From NCBI GenBank assembly GCA_009692865.1, contig SHYH01000002.1, forward strand, positions 1 to 59,758: DNA of 59,758 nucleotides. Direction: 5' to 3'. The notes under the pieces were generated by a model that searched no databases, had not been told where the DNA came from, and saw only the letters and a program-made list of their open reading frames with translations. The DNA is from Dehalococcoidia bacterium (GTDB taxonomy: Bacteria; Chloroflexota; Dehalococcoidia; Lucifugimonadales; GCA-2717565). Positions within the stretch are counted from its first letter, which is position 1. Each line of letters begins with the position of its first letter. A program made the position numbers and the translations under genes. Of this stretch, positions 20,274-28,428 are shown in pieces.

Positions 20274-20850
20274 ATAGACCTCCGAGGCCTGAGCGACGAA
20301 CAGGTGGCGGCCCAATTTCTTCAGGGCGACCAAGAGGCCCTGGCCGAGCTGTACGCACCGCTACGGCAAACTGGTCTACTCTATCGTCCGCCGCCTGATC
20401 ACCCAGCACGCCGTCGCTGAAGAGATCACCCAAGAGGTATTCCTGCGGGCCTGGGAGAAGCGCAACGGCTTCAAGGCCGCGCGGAGCACCGCCCGGGCGT
20501 GGCTGATCAGCATCGCCCACCACCGGGCCGTAGACGAGTTGCGTCGCTCATGGCGAGTGGGCGCTCCGCCCCTTTCCGACGACAACCCCTCCCCCCTAGA
20601 CATTCCGCTCGCAGATCCAAGCGACGAGGTCGGACGTACTCAAGAGCATAGGAGGGTTCGCGGGGCCCTGGACAGGCTCCCGCCGGAGCAGCGACAGGTG
20701 GTGGTGCTGGCCTACTTTTACGGCATGACGCAGAGGCAGGTGGCCGACTACTTGCAGCAGCCGTTAGGGACCGTAAAGACCCGCACCCTCCTGGCCCTCA
20801 AAAAGTTGCAGGAGTTCCTGACCCAAGACGGAATCGGCTATGATCAGTAA
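20274..20850 (+). pseudogene. ECF-type sigma-70 factor, disrupted (ATA at the start position plus a 1-nt frameshift near 20355-20359)
   Basis: AAGGAAG-ccc-ATA GAC CTC... encodes (I)DLRGLSDEQVAAQFLQGDQEALAELYA. After one extra base the next frame continues RYGKLVYSIVRRLITQHAVAEEITQEVFLRAWEKRNGF...ISIAHHRAVDELRR...LDRLPPEQRQVVVLAYFYGMTQRQVADYL (regions 2 and 4). Confidence 0.7.
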
Positions 20851-21615
20851 CCACGTAGAAGAGTCCCTTCCCGCCTACACCCTGGATGCCCTCGAGGAAG
20901 AGGAGCGGCGCCGGGTGGAGGCCCACTTGGAGCACTGCTTCGAGTGCGCCCTCTCCCCGGTCGCCTATCAGGAGACCACAAGCCAGTTGGCACTGCTGGT
21001 GGAGCCAGTGTCGCCCCCCGCCGCTCTTCGGCAACGCCTCCTGGCGGCATCCAGAACGCCGAAGAGGGTGACGATTGTCCACCCCTTGGAAGCGGTCCGC
21101 CATCAACATGCCCTGGCGTCCCTCACGGGCATAGCAGCTGTTCTGCTGCTGGTGCTGGCGGGTGGCCTGAGCTGGGCCGAGAGGCGCATCAACACCCTGG
21201 ATCAGCAAAGCCAGCAGATGGAAGCAGCCTCTCTTCAACAGCAGTCTCTGGCGTACCTGGTAGCCTATCCAAACACAGCCACCTTTTCGCTGAGGAGCCC
21301 ACGCCCAGGGGGCACCACCTGGGGCTTCTCATGGGAAGCCGTGAACGGGAGTGGGGGCTCCTGGTGGCCCTAGGCATGCCGCCGCTGCCCAAAGACCAGA
21401 CCTACCAGCTCTGGCTGGTATCTGGAGCGCAGAGCTTCGACGGCGGCGCCTTCATCATGGACGACGCGGGCTATGGGCAGCTGAGCCTCCGCATGGCCGA
21501 ATCCCTTCGCACCTTTGACAGGGTGAGGGTCACCGTGGAGCCCCTGGGGGGAAGCCTTCAACCCACCACCGACCCCATCCTCCTGGGCAGCCTCTTCACC
21601 ACCAGAACCAACTAG
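20840..21615 (+). pseudogene. zinc-binding anti-sigma factor (ZAS N-domain, TM, RskA-like C-domain), frameshifted near 21320-21335
   Basis: Frame A carries the HxxxCxxC motif (AHLEHCFEC) and a TM segment LASLTGIAAVLLLVLAGGLSWA, then stops at 21373. Frame B continues REREWGLLVALGMPPLPKDQTYQLWLVSGAQSFDGGAF...VTVEPLGGS to 21615. Confidence 0.65.
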
Positions 21616-21673
21616 CTGGCAACCCCCCCAAGCCCGGCGTACCCTCAGAGGCTGAGGCAACTCCCCTCTCTAC

Positions 21674-21946
21674 TTGCCCCTTGGGCGAAGGCGAAAGCCT
21701 CTGAGAAGCCAGGCCGTTCCTATCCGTGTCCTCATCCCCTACGACGCTTACGGTCAGCAGATTGCCCGCCTGGCGCAAGCCATCGGTGAAGGGGTCTTCC
21801 AGGTGGAAGGGGCGACGACCAACCTGGTCCACATCAAAGACGCCACAAGGGAAGACCTGCGGGAGTGCGACGCTCTGGTCCTGGGGTCGCCCAACTGGAG
21901 CGGCACAACGGGCTCCATGAAAATCTGGCTGGACAGCCAGGGCTAG
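21674..21946 (+). pseudogene. flavodoxin/WrbA-like protein fragment (N-terminal ~90 aa only)
   Basis: IRVLIPYDAYGQQIARLAQAIGEGV...DATREDLRECDALVLGSPNWSGTTGSMKIWLD, then a stop. There is no ATG/GTG at the expected start, and no continuation in any frame that I could read. Confidence 0.5.
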
Positions 21947-22090
21947 CGGAGCCCGTCGGGAAGGTAACTCGATGGGACACCAAGGGTCAACGCCATGAGA
22001 CAAAGGAGGGTGCAGCCCCCGATCCGTTCTCAGGCACAAAGGACACCAGGATCGAAAGGTCCTCCACAGGGTGGAGAGGGCCTCTCCCCC

Positions 22091-22643
22091 GTGCCCGATC
22101 GGCTTGTATTCCGAGAGGTCTCCCTTGACCTGTGGGGCGACCTGGAGCGGCTATTCGAGTCTCCTGGGGGCCCCAAGCACTGCTGGTGCATGGTATGGCG
22201 TTCGATGCCAGGGGGGGAAAGCCGCACCGATAGCAAAGCCAAGAAGGCTTCCCTGCAGGGTCGCGTACAGGAAGGTACGCCCATAGGGATCCTTGGATAC
22301 CTTGACGGGGAGCCTGTTGCTTGGTGCTCGATTACACCGCGGACCACTTACCGGAACCTCGGTGTCGAACACGACGCGACCGAGGGATCGGGCAGCGTTT
22401 GGTCGCTCGTCTGTTTCTTCTTGCCACGCTGGCTCCGTGGCCAGGAGGGTCGCCAAACGTCTGATAGGGGCCGCAGTCGCCTGCGCTAGAAGGAATGGCG
22501 CCACGGTGGTTAAGGCGTATCCTGTCAACCCTGACTCCCCAAGCTACCGCTTTATGGGGTTCACGTCTTCCTTCGAGCCCACAGGCTTTCGGAAGGTAGG
22601 GACGGCAGGAACCAGGCAACACGTGATGCGGCTGTCCCTCTAG
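22091..22643 (+). pseudogene. GNAT-family N-acetyltransferase, frameshifted near 22441-22450
   Basis: Frame A: VFREVSLDLWGDLERLFESPGGPKHCWCMVWR...GEPVAWCSITPRTTYRNL...VWSLVCFFLPRWLRGQ. Frame B continues VAKRLIGAAVACARRNGATVVKAYPVNPDSPSYRFMGFTSSFEPTGFRKVG. Removing one base in CAGGAGGGTC restores RGQGVAKRL. Confidence 0.65.
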
Positions 22644-22691
22644 GCCAGAGAGACGCTTGAAAGTCGCGAGAGCCCTTCAATGACCTTGCCC

Positions 22692-24089
22692 TCACTCCCT
22701 AAGCCGCAGGTGGCGAAAGAGGAGGGGGTGGACCCGCCTTGCCTCTTCTAGAGCGGCCTGAGCCACGGCGATGATGGTGAAGTGGGCCGTTGGCTGGGTG
22801 CGTAGCTTGAACAGGTGGTAGCACTCCCGGAGGTTCATCTTAGCCAGGACGCGCCGTTTGTGGGCGTGGGTCACCAGGTACTGGGCCACCGTGGGCAAGG
22901 CGGACGCTACCCGGCGATAGGCCCGGGCCGAGACCTCCATGGCCTCGTGAAAGGGCTCCTCCAGTCCCGCCTCGTAGAAGAGGGCCGGGGTCAGGTAGCC
23001 GTGCTCCACCGTAAGGGGCTGAGGGAGGTACGTCTGCATCCGGTGGCGCTTGAACTCGCGGTAGGCCCCGTAGTCCATCACCAGGTCGTAGGTGTAGTCC
23101 ACCGTCTCCAGCTCCCGAAGCGGGACATCATGAGCCCCCAGGCGACTCATAGCCTCGTCCATCACCCTCTCCAGCTCTGCCGAGGTCATCTTCTGCACAT
23201 GCTGCCACACCTGGGCGTAGGGCTGGTGGGAGTAGTGGTAAAGGACTGCCGCCACCACCTTGCGCTCGGCATCAGAGTCGTAGTGGGCAAGGTGGGCCGT
23301 GACCTCTGCGTCCTCCCAGCGTGCAGGGACCACGCTCGCCAGGGCCTCCTGGGCGTGGCGAGTCTCTGTCATATAGGGGTTGGGGTCGGCGTACTTGATG
23401 AGGGTGGGTGTAATCTTACGCCCCTGCTCCTTCAGCTCCTGGCCTATTTGAACCTCCTCCTGGAGGTCCGAGGAGAGCAGCTTGCGGATGGCGTGCTCCA
23501 GAGAGCGAGCGTTCATGGTCACCCCCACGTTGGTGAGGGTGGCGGTGGGCAGGACGAAGCGGCACCAGTCCACAGCATAGCGCCGCAGCCTTAAACGATA
23601 GGCGGCGTCCCGCTCCTTCTCCTCCCGAGGCATCGTCTTCGGCAAGAAGGCAATGGAGTCCCTCACCAACCGGTGGTAGACGGAGAAAAGGGCCTCGCAG
23701 GCCTGCACGTACACTTCCTGCAAGGGCTTCCCCGCCAGTTCGGGCGGGACGTAATAGGCGTTGGTGTCAATGACCTGATAGCGGCTGGACTTCTCGGTGT
23801 AGGAGGCCAGGCGGTTGTCTTCCAGAGAGTCGCAGGCCAGGCGGGAGATGTTCTCCACGGCCATGTGAAGGATAGCGTGCTCCGCCACCGAGGCGTGGCC
23901 GTAGTTGAGAACCCACCGCTCGTGGAACTGGGCCGCCTTCTCCTCGCTCACCTCCTGGGCGATCTCGTCGAAGGGCTCAGGGCGGCGAGAGGTCATGGCA
24001 AAGGCGACGGCAAGCTGCTCCTCCGTCAGATCTTTGGTGCTGAGGGGGTAGATGCGGCGGGGCAGCCGAGCGGCGGGAGCCTTATCCAC
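22692..24089 (-). CDS. thyX: tandem-domain flavin-dependent thymidylate synthase (ThyX family)
   Basis: Half 1: GHASVAEHAILHMAVENISRLACDSLEDNRLASYTEKSSRY and MNARSLEHAIRKL. Half 2: YREFKRHRMQTY and AKMNLRECYHLFKLRT. Both align by eye to the canonical ThyX core (FRHRxxSxxExSxRY ... NARSL). Confidence 0.75.
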   Translation of the reverse strand: MDKAPAARLPRRIYPLSTKDLTEEQLAVAFAMTSRRPEPFDEIAQEVSEEKAAQFHERWVLNYGHASVAEHAILHMAVENISRLACDSLEDNRLASYTEKSSRYQVIDTNAYYVPPELAGKPLQEVYVQACEALFSVYHRLVRDSIAFLPKTMPREEKERDAAYRLRLRRYAVDWCRFVLPTATLTNVGVTMNARSLEHAIRKLLSSDLQEEVQIGQELKEQGRKITPTLIKYADPNPYMTETRHAQEALASVVPARWEDAEVTAHLAHYDSDAERKVVAAVLYHYSHQPYAQVWQHVQKMTSAELERVMDEAMSRLGAHDVPLRELETVDYTYDLVMDYGAYREFKRHRMQTYLPQPLTVEHGYLTPALFYEAGLEEPFHEAMEVSARAYRRVASALPTVAQYLVTHAHKRRVLAKMNLRECYHLFKLRTQPTAHFTIIAVAQAALEEARRVHPLLFRHLRLRE

Positions 24090-24115
24090 TTGTGTCAGGC
24101 TGTTGCCTCCTGCCC

Positions 24116-24676
24116 TTATACGGCCAGTCCTGCCAGTTCAATTATCTTGGCGTCGACGCCCGTTTTAGTGATCTCTAGAACAGCAACGGTGCCGAGCCGC
24201 CGCACCTGCCTGACCAGGCTGGTGCTTCCGGGATTCACAAAGAGCACCCCCTGGTGGGTCTCCACCAAGGCAACGTGGGTGTAGCCAAACACCACAATAT
24301 CCACAGTCCTGCCGAAGATGCTCTGCAATGCCAGAGGGAGAGACGATTTAGGAGGATATTCCGTCGCGAGAGACCCTGGGAAAACATCGTCGCTCATACC
24401 TGGCACGAACAGCTGATGGACCAGGCCAATGGAATGGCCCTCCGCGTCAACCACCTTTGGGTCTTGCATTCTCGATGCGCCCTCTCTGGGGACCCCCACC
24501 CACGACTCCGTAGACCTGACCGGCGCGATGCGCTCCAGCCAATCTATACAAGAGCGTATGTAGACATCCCCTGCGTGCAGGATGAGGTCAACCCCCTCAA
24601 AGGCACGGGCAACCTGGGGTGGGGGCTCCGCGCCCATGCTCGGGATGTGGGTGTCTGAGATCAGGCCAATTCTCAT
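24116..24676 (-). CDS. YfcE/MJ0936-type metallophosphoesterase
   Basis: MRIGLISDTHIP..., LILHAGDV, VVFGYTHVALV, LFVNPGS. Confidence 0.8.
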   Translation of the reverse strand: MRIGLISDTHIPSMGAEPPPQVARAFEGVDLILHAGDVYIRSCIDWLERIAPVRSTESWVGVPREGASRMQDPKVVDAEGHSIGLVHQLFVPGMSDDVFPGSLATEYPPKSSLPLALQSIFGRTVDIVVFGYTHVALVETHQGVLFVNPGSTSLVRQVRRLGTVAVLEITKTGVDAKIIELAGLAV

Positions 24677-24835
24677 AGGGTTTCCTCTGTCATGCTGCCA
24701 CGGTCACTTTGAGCGCACACGATCGCTACGACCATATTAGCTTAGTTGAGTTGTTTCGCGCCAGCGTCGTTGTACCGGTCCACCTTGTAGCCGATTGACC
24801 AAGGCGTTGAGTGGTGCAAGTTCTTTCAGGGAGGT

Positions 24836-24871
24836 ATGGAGAACCTTTTCTTGCAAGAAAGGGTTCTCCAT
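24836..24871. repeat. 36-bp near-perfect palindrome
   Basis: ATGGAGAACCTTTTCTTGC|GCAAGAAAGGGTTCTCCAT shares the TTGCAA centre and has one mismatch (a G-U pair in RNA). It lies between the methyltransferase remnant and the phosphoesterase gene. Confidence 0.7.
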
Positions 24872-24904
24872 AGGCCCTTCCCAAGGAACTCTCCCCCTTG
24901 GCTC

Positions 24905-25289
24905 TTAGCCCCCCGGCAACTCCAGGTCCCAGTCCTGCTCGTAGGGCAGGTGCAACCGCAGAGCCACCTCGGCCTTCTGGAGTTCCCGCCCCACGTAGAG
25001 GGCGTGGGCCAGGTCGCCCACCAACCCCTTCGCCAGCAACGCCTGGGTCATAGCGGAGGCCGAGGCGCCTCCCATGCCGCAGCAGAGGTCCAGGACAGAA
25101 CGCCCTTTTCCCATCCCGGCCAGCTCCGCCAGGCGTAAGAGGTCCTTCCTCGCCAGCGTATCCCAACTGGCCCACGAACCCCTCACCCAGCGCTTGGCGG
25201 CCTATGCGGGCGTGGGTCTGGCTCCTGGCCAGGGACCGGTAAAGAACGTCAAAGTAAGCGCCAGTCTCTACAGGATCGAAGGCGTTCAT
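24905..25289 (-). pseudogene. class I SAM-dependent methyltransferase remnant (frameshifted and C-terminally truncated)
   Basis: Frame 1: MNAFDPVETGAYFDVLYRSLARSQTHARIGRQALGEGFVGQ. A second frame continues SWDTLARKDLLRLAELAGMGKGRSVLDLCCGMGGAS (motif I) and stops about 55 aa later. Confidence 0.55.
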
Positions 25290-25378
25290 CTGGTGCGGTG
25301 GTTATGGTTTGAGACACGGGCGCCACACTTAGTCAACATGGGGTTAGCGCAAACCACATCTCCCTCCCAGGTGGCCAC

Positions 25379-26647
25379 TCATACGGAGAGCAACAGGACC
25401 GCTGGATGCTCCAGGACACGCTTCACCTCTCCCAGGAACTGGGCCGCCTGCACGCCATCGGCCACACGATGGTCCACCGACAGCGTAACCTTCATGACCT
25501 GAGCCACCTTCACCTGCTCCCCTACCACCACCGGCTGCTTCTGAACGCTACCCACGGCCAGCACGGCGGCTTGGGGAGGGAAGATGATGGCCGTAAAGTG
25601 GTCCACGTCGTACATGCCCAGGTTGCTGATGCTGAAGGTGCCGCCGGTGTACTCCGCCTCGGTGAGCTTTCCCTCCTGGGCCCGCTGAATGACCTCATGG
25701 GCCGCCCTGGCCACCTCCACCAGGCTCTTTTTATCGCAGCCGGCCACCACCGGGACGATGAGCCCGCCCTCTATAGCCACGGCGACGCCGATGTTGACGC
25801 CGGGGTGGACCAGCAGCCGGCCCTCCTGGTAGGAGGAGCTGAGGATAGGATGCTTCTGGAGGGCCAGCGTACACGCCTTGATGATGAGGTCGTTGACGCT
25901 GACGCGGACGCCCTGGCCCTCCAGGGCCTGGTTCAGGTCCTGGCGCAGGGCCATGGCCGCGTCCATATGCACCGTTGTGGTGACGTAGAAGTGGGGCACC
26001 TCCTGGTTGGCGCGAGTCGTGATGCGGGCGATGGCCTGGCGCATGCGGCTCAGCTCCACCACCTGAGCCGGCGCGCCCTCCAGAGAGGCCGCCGCAACAG
26101 GGGTGATCGCGGAGCGCGGAGGCGCGACGCCCATAGGACCAGGTGCGGCAGGCTGCACGGGCGCCTTCTGCTGGGCCAGGTGGGCCCGGACATCCTCCTC
26201 CACAATGCGCCCGCCAGGCCCAGAACCTCGAATCTGGCCCAGGTCCACCCCGTGCTCCTGGGCGAGACGCCGCGCCAGGGGAGAGGACCGCGCTCGCTCG
26301 GCAGCGGCAGGCTCTGGTAGCGCTTCTACTGGGGTAGCGGCCCGGGTTAGCATCGCCGCCAGGGATGGCGCGGAGGTAGCCTGCAACCACTCAGGGGGGG
26401 TCGCCTCGTCCGGAGCGCCAATAATGGCGATGAGTTGGCCCACGGGCACCACGGCCCCCTCGGACGCCACGATGTGGCTCAGCACCCCCGAGGCGTAGGC
26501 CTGCATCACCACGATGGCCTTGTCCGTCTCGATCTCGGCGATGGCCTCTCCCCGCTGGACGGGTTCCCCCTCCCGCTTGAGCCAGCGGACCACGGTCCCC
26601 TGCTTCATGTCGTACCCCATCTGGGGCATCACTACTCTGGTAGCCAA
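25379..26647 (-). CDS. dihydrolipoamide acyltransferase (E2) of a 2-oxoacid dehydrogenase complex
   Basis: Lipoyl domain (IAEIETDKAIVVMQA), subunit-binding domain (SPLARRLAQEHGVDLGQIRGSGPGGRI), catalytic DHRVADG. Confidence 0.9.
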   Translation of the reverse strand: MATRVVMPQMGYDMKQGTVVRWLKREGEPVQRGEAIAEIETDKAIVVMQAYASGVLSHIVASEGAVVPVGQLIAIIGAPDEATPPEWLQATSAPSLAAMLTRAATPVEALPEPAAAERARSSPLARRLAQEHGVDLGQIRGSGPGGRIVEEDVRAHLAQQKAPVQPAAPGPMGVAPPRSAITPVAAASLEGAPAQVVELSRMRQAIARITTRANQEVPHFYVTTTVHMDAAMALRQDLNQALEGQGVRVSVNDLIIKACTLALQKHPILSSSYQEGRLLVHPGVNIGVAVAIEGGLIVPVVAGCDKKSLVEVARAAHEVIQRAQEGKLTEAEYTGGTFSISNLGMYDVDHFTAIIFPPQAAVLAVGSVQKQPVVVGEQVKVAQVMKVTLSVDHRVADGVQAAQFLGEVKRVLEHPAVLLLSV

Positions 26648-26703
26648 GAAGACACCTCCTTGAAATCCTCTCCCTTGAAGGGAAAGGGCAGGGCGAGGGC
26701 AAC

Positions 26704-27678
26704 CTATGCCCCCATGAGCTCTTTCGCCCTTCGCACCACCCGCTCGGGGCTGGGGATGGCCGCCTCCTCCAGGTTGCTGGCGTAGGGCATGGGCACCTCG
26801 ACCCCTCCCACACGGCCCACCGGGGCGTCCAGGTGGTCAAAGGCCCCCTCCTGAATGCGGCTCGCCACCTCGGCCCCAAATCCCCCCGTCAGCCAGTCCT
26901 CCTCCACCACCAGGGCCCGGTGGGTCTTCCGCACCGAAGCGACAACAGTGGCGGCGTCCAGAGGGCGCAGGGTGCGAAGGTCCACCACCTCGGCGTTGAT
27001 GCCCTCCTGCTCAAGCTGCTGAGCCGCCGCCAGCGCCACGTGGACCATGCGCGAGTAGGCCACCAGGGTCAGGTCACTGCCCTCACGCTTCACCTCGGCC
27101 TTCCCCAAAGGGACCGTGTATAGCTCGTCGGGCACCGGCCCGCGGGTGCTGTAGAGGCGGATGTGCTCCACGAAGATGACCGGGTCCTGCTCCTCCATCA
27201 CCGAGCGAAACAGCCCCAAGGCGTCGTAGGGCGTCGCGGGCACCACCACCTTCAGGCCCGGCACGTGGGCGTACCACCCCTCGAAGTTCTGGGAGTGGGT
27301 GGCTGCGAGTTGGGCACCGCCGCCGGTAACGGTGCGAACGACCAGAGGCACCGAGAACTGCCCGCCGGACATGTACCGGAGCTTGGCGGCGTGGTTGACG
27401 ATCTGGTCCATTGCCAGGAGGGTGAAGTTGATGGTCATGATCTCCACGATGGGCCGCAGCCCGGCCAAAGCAGCCCCGATGCCTGCCCCCACGATGACCG
27501 ACTCGGAGATGGGGGTGTCCTTGATGCGGCCCTCGCCGTACTCGTGGAGGAACCCCTTGGTGACGGCGTAGGGGCCACCGTAGGCGCCGATGTCCTCCCC
27601 CATCATGAAGACGCGGGGGTCCTTCAGGGCCTCCCGCAAGGCCCGCGTAACGGCTTCGCGATAGGTGATCTCAGGCAT
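26704..27678 (-). CDS. 2-oxoacid dehydrogenase E1 component beta subunit
   Basis: MPEITYREAVTRALREALKDPRVFMMGEDIGAYGG... The ATG is at 27678. The tracked start at 27768 runs into the upstream gene. Confidence 0.9.
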   Translation of the reverse strand: MPEITYREAVTRALREALKDPRVFMMGEDIGAYGGPYAVTKGFLHEYGEGRIKDTPISESVIVGAGIGAALAGLRPIVEIMTINFTLLAMDQIVNHAAKLRYMSGGQFSVPLVVRTVTGGGAQLAATHSQNFEGWYAHVPGLKVVVPATPYDALGLFRSVMEEQDPVIFVEHIRLYSTRGPVPDELYTVPLGKAEVKREGSDLTLVAYSRMVHVALAAAQQLEQEGINAEVVDLRTLRPLDAATVVASVRKTHRALVVEEDWLTGGFGAEVASRIQEGAFDHLDAPVGRVGGVEVPMPYASNLEEAAIPSPERVVRRAKELMGA

Positions 27679-27682
27679 GGCT

Positions 27683-28411
27683 TTACCCTTGGACCAGAGC
27701 CAGAAGCTGCTTAAGGAGCCGCTCGTCCTGGCACCCCGCGATGTGCTCAAGGGGCTCCTTGCTGTCAATGATGCTCCGTGCTCGGGACAGCAAGGGGGGA
27801 ATCATATCGTTGGGATGAAGCTCTACTGGTTTCACCACCACGTTGAACTGCAGCCTGAAACCCGCTCCAGAGACCACATCAACCAGTGCATCAGAGGCGA
27901 TGTCCGTCTGGGGCTCCAGGTACACCAGCGACAGGGCCATAACGGGCGCCAGGGGCTCTTTCTGAGTCAGGTGCTCCGCGATGTAGGCATAGGCGTTGAG
28001 CTGGACCTCGTACTGGGGGAACAGCGCGCCCTGGGCTTTGGTAACCTTGGCCGTCTTGTAGTCCACGATGTGATAGGCGCCGTCTTCAAGGCGAAGAACA
28101 TCGTCGGGCGTTCCGGCCAGTTGGATGCCGCTGTCCTTGTCCTCACAGGAGAACCACAAGGAGTGGAGCCTCGGAACGTAGGCCTTCACGTCCCCTAGGG
28201 CGGGAAGCCACGCGGGCCAGTCGTCCCCCTGGTCCAAGGGCGTGTGAATGAGCTTCTTGATGTAGGAGTCGATGGAGATGAATATCCCTGACATAGGTAT
28301 CTGAAAAGGGAAGGCCCCCTTGTAGCGCAGTCGTATCCAGAAACACCCAGGGCAGAAGCCGGGCAGGTTGAGAGATCCCAGGGTGGTGGCGGAGAGTCTT
28401 ACGGTTTCCAT
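27683..28411 (-). CDS. Cas4/RecB-like PD-(D/E)XK nuclease family protein (242 aa), embedded between E1alpha and E1beta
   Basis: LSATTLGSLNLPGFCPGCFW (family N-motif), GTPDDVLRLEDGAYHIVDYKTAK (D...D-x-K), YEVQLNAYAYI (QxxxY). The ATG at 28411 follows GAGG. Its TAA stop lies 4 nt before the E1beta ATG. GC is 29/60 and 32/60 in two counted lines. The tracked 409-aa ORF (to 28912) is a read-through artefact. Confidence 0.7.
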   Translation of the reverse strand: METVRLSATTLGSLNLPGFCPGCFWIRLRYKGAFPFQIPMSGIFISIDSYIKKLIHTPLDQGDDWPAWLPALGDVKAYVPRLHSLWFSCEDKDSGIQLAGTPDDVLRLEDGAYHIVDYKTAKVTKAQGALFPQYEVQLNAYAYIAEHLTQKEPLAPVMALSLVYLEPQTDIASDALVDVVSGAGFRLQFNVVVKPVELHPNDMIPPLLSRARSIIDSKEPLEHIAGCQDERLLKQLLALVQG

Positions 28412-28428
28412 GCAGACCTCGCGAGGCA

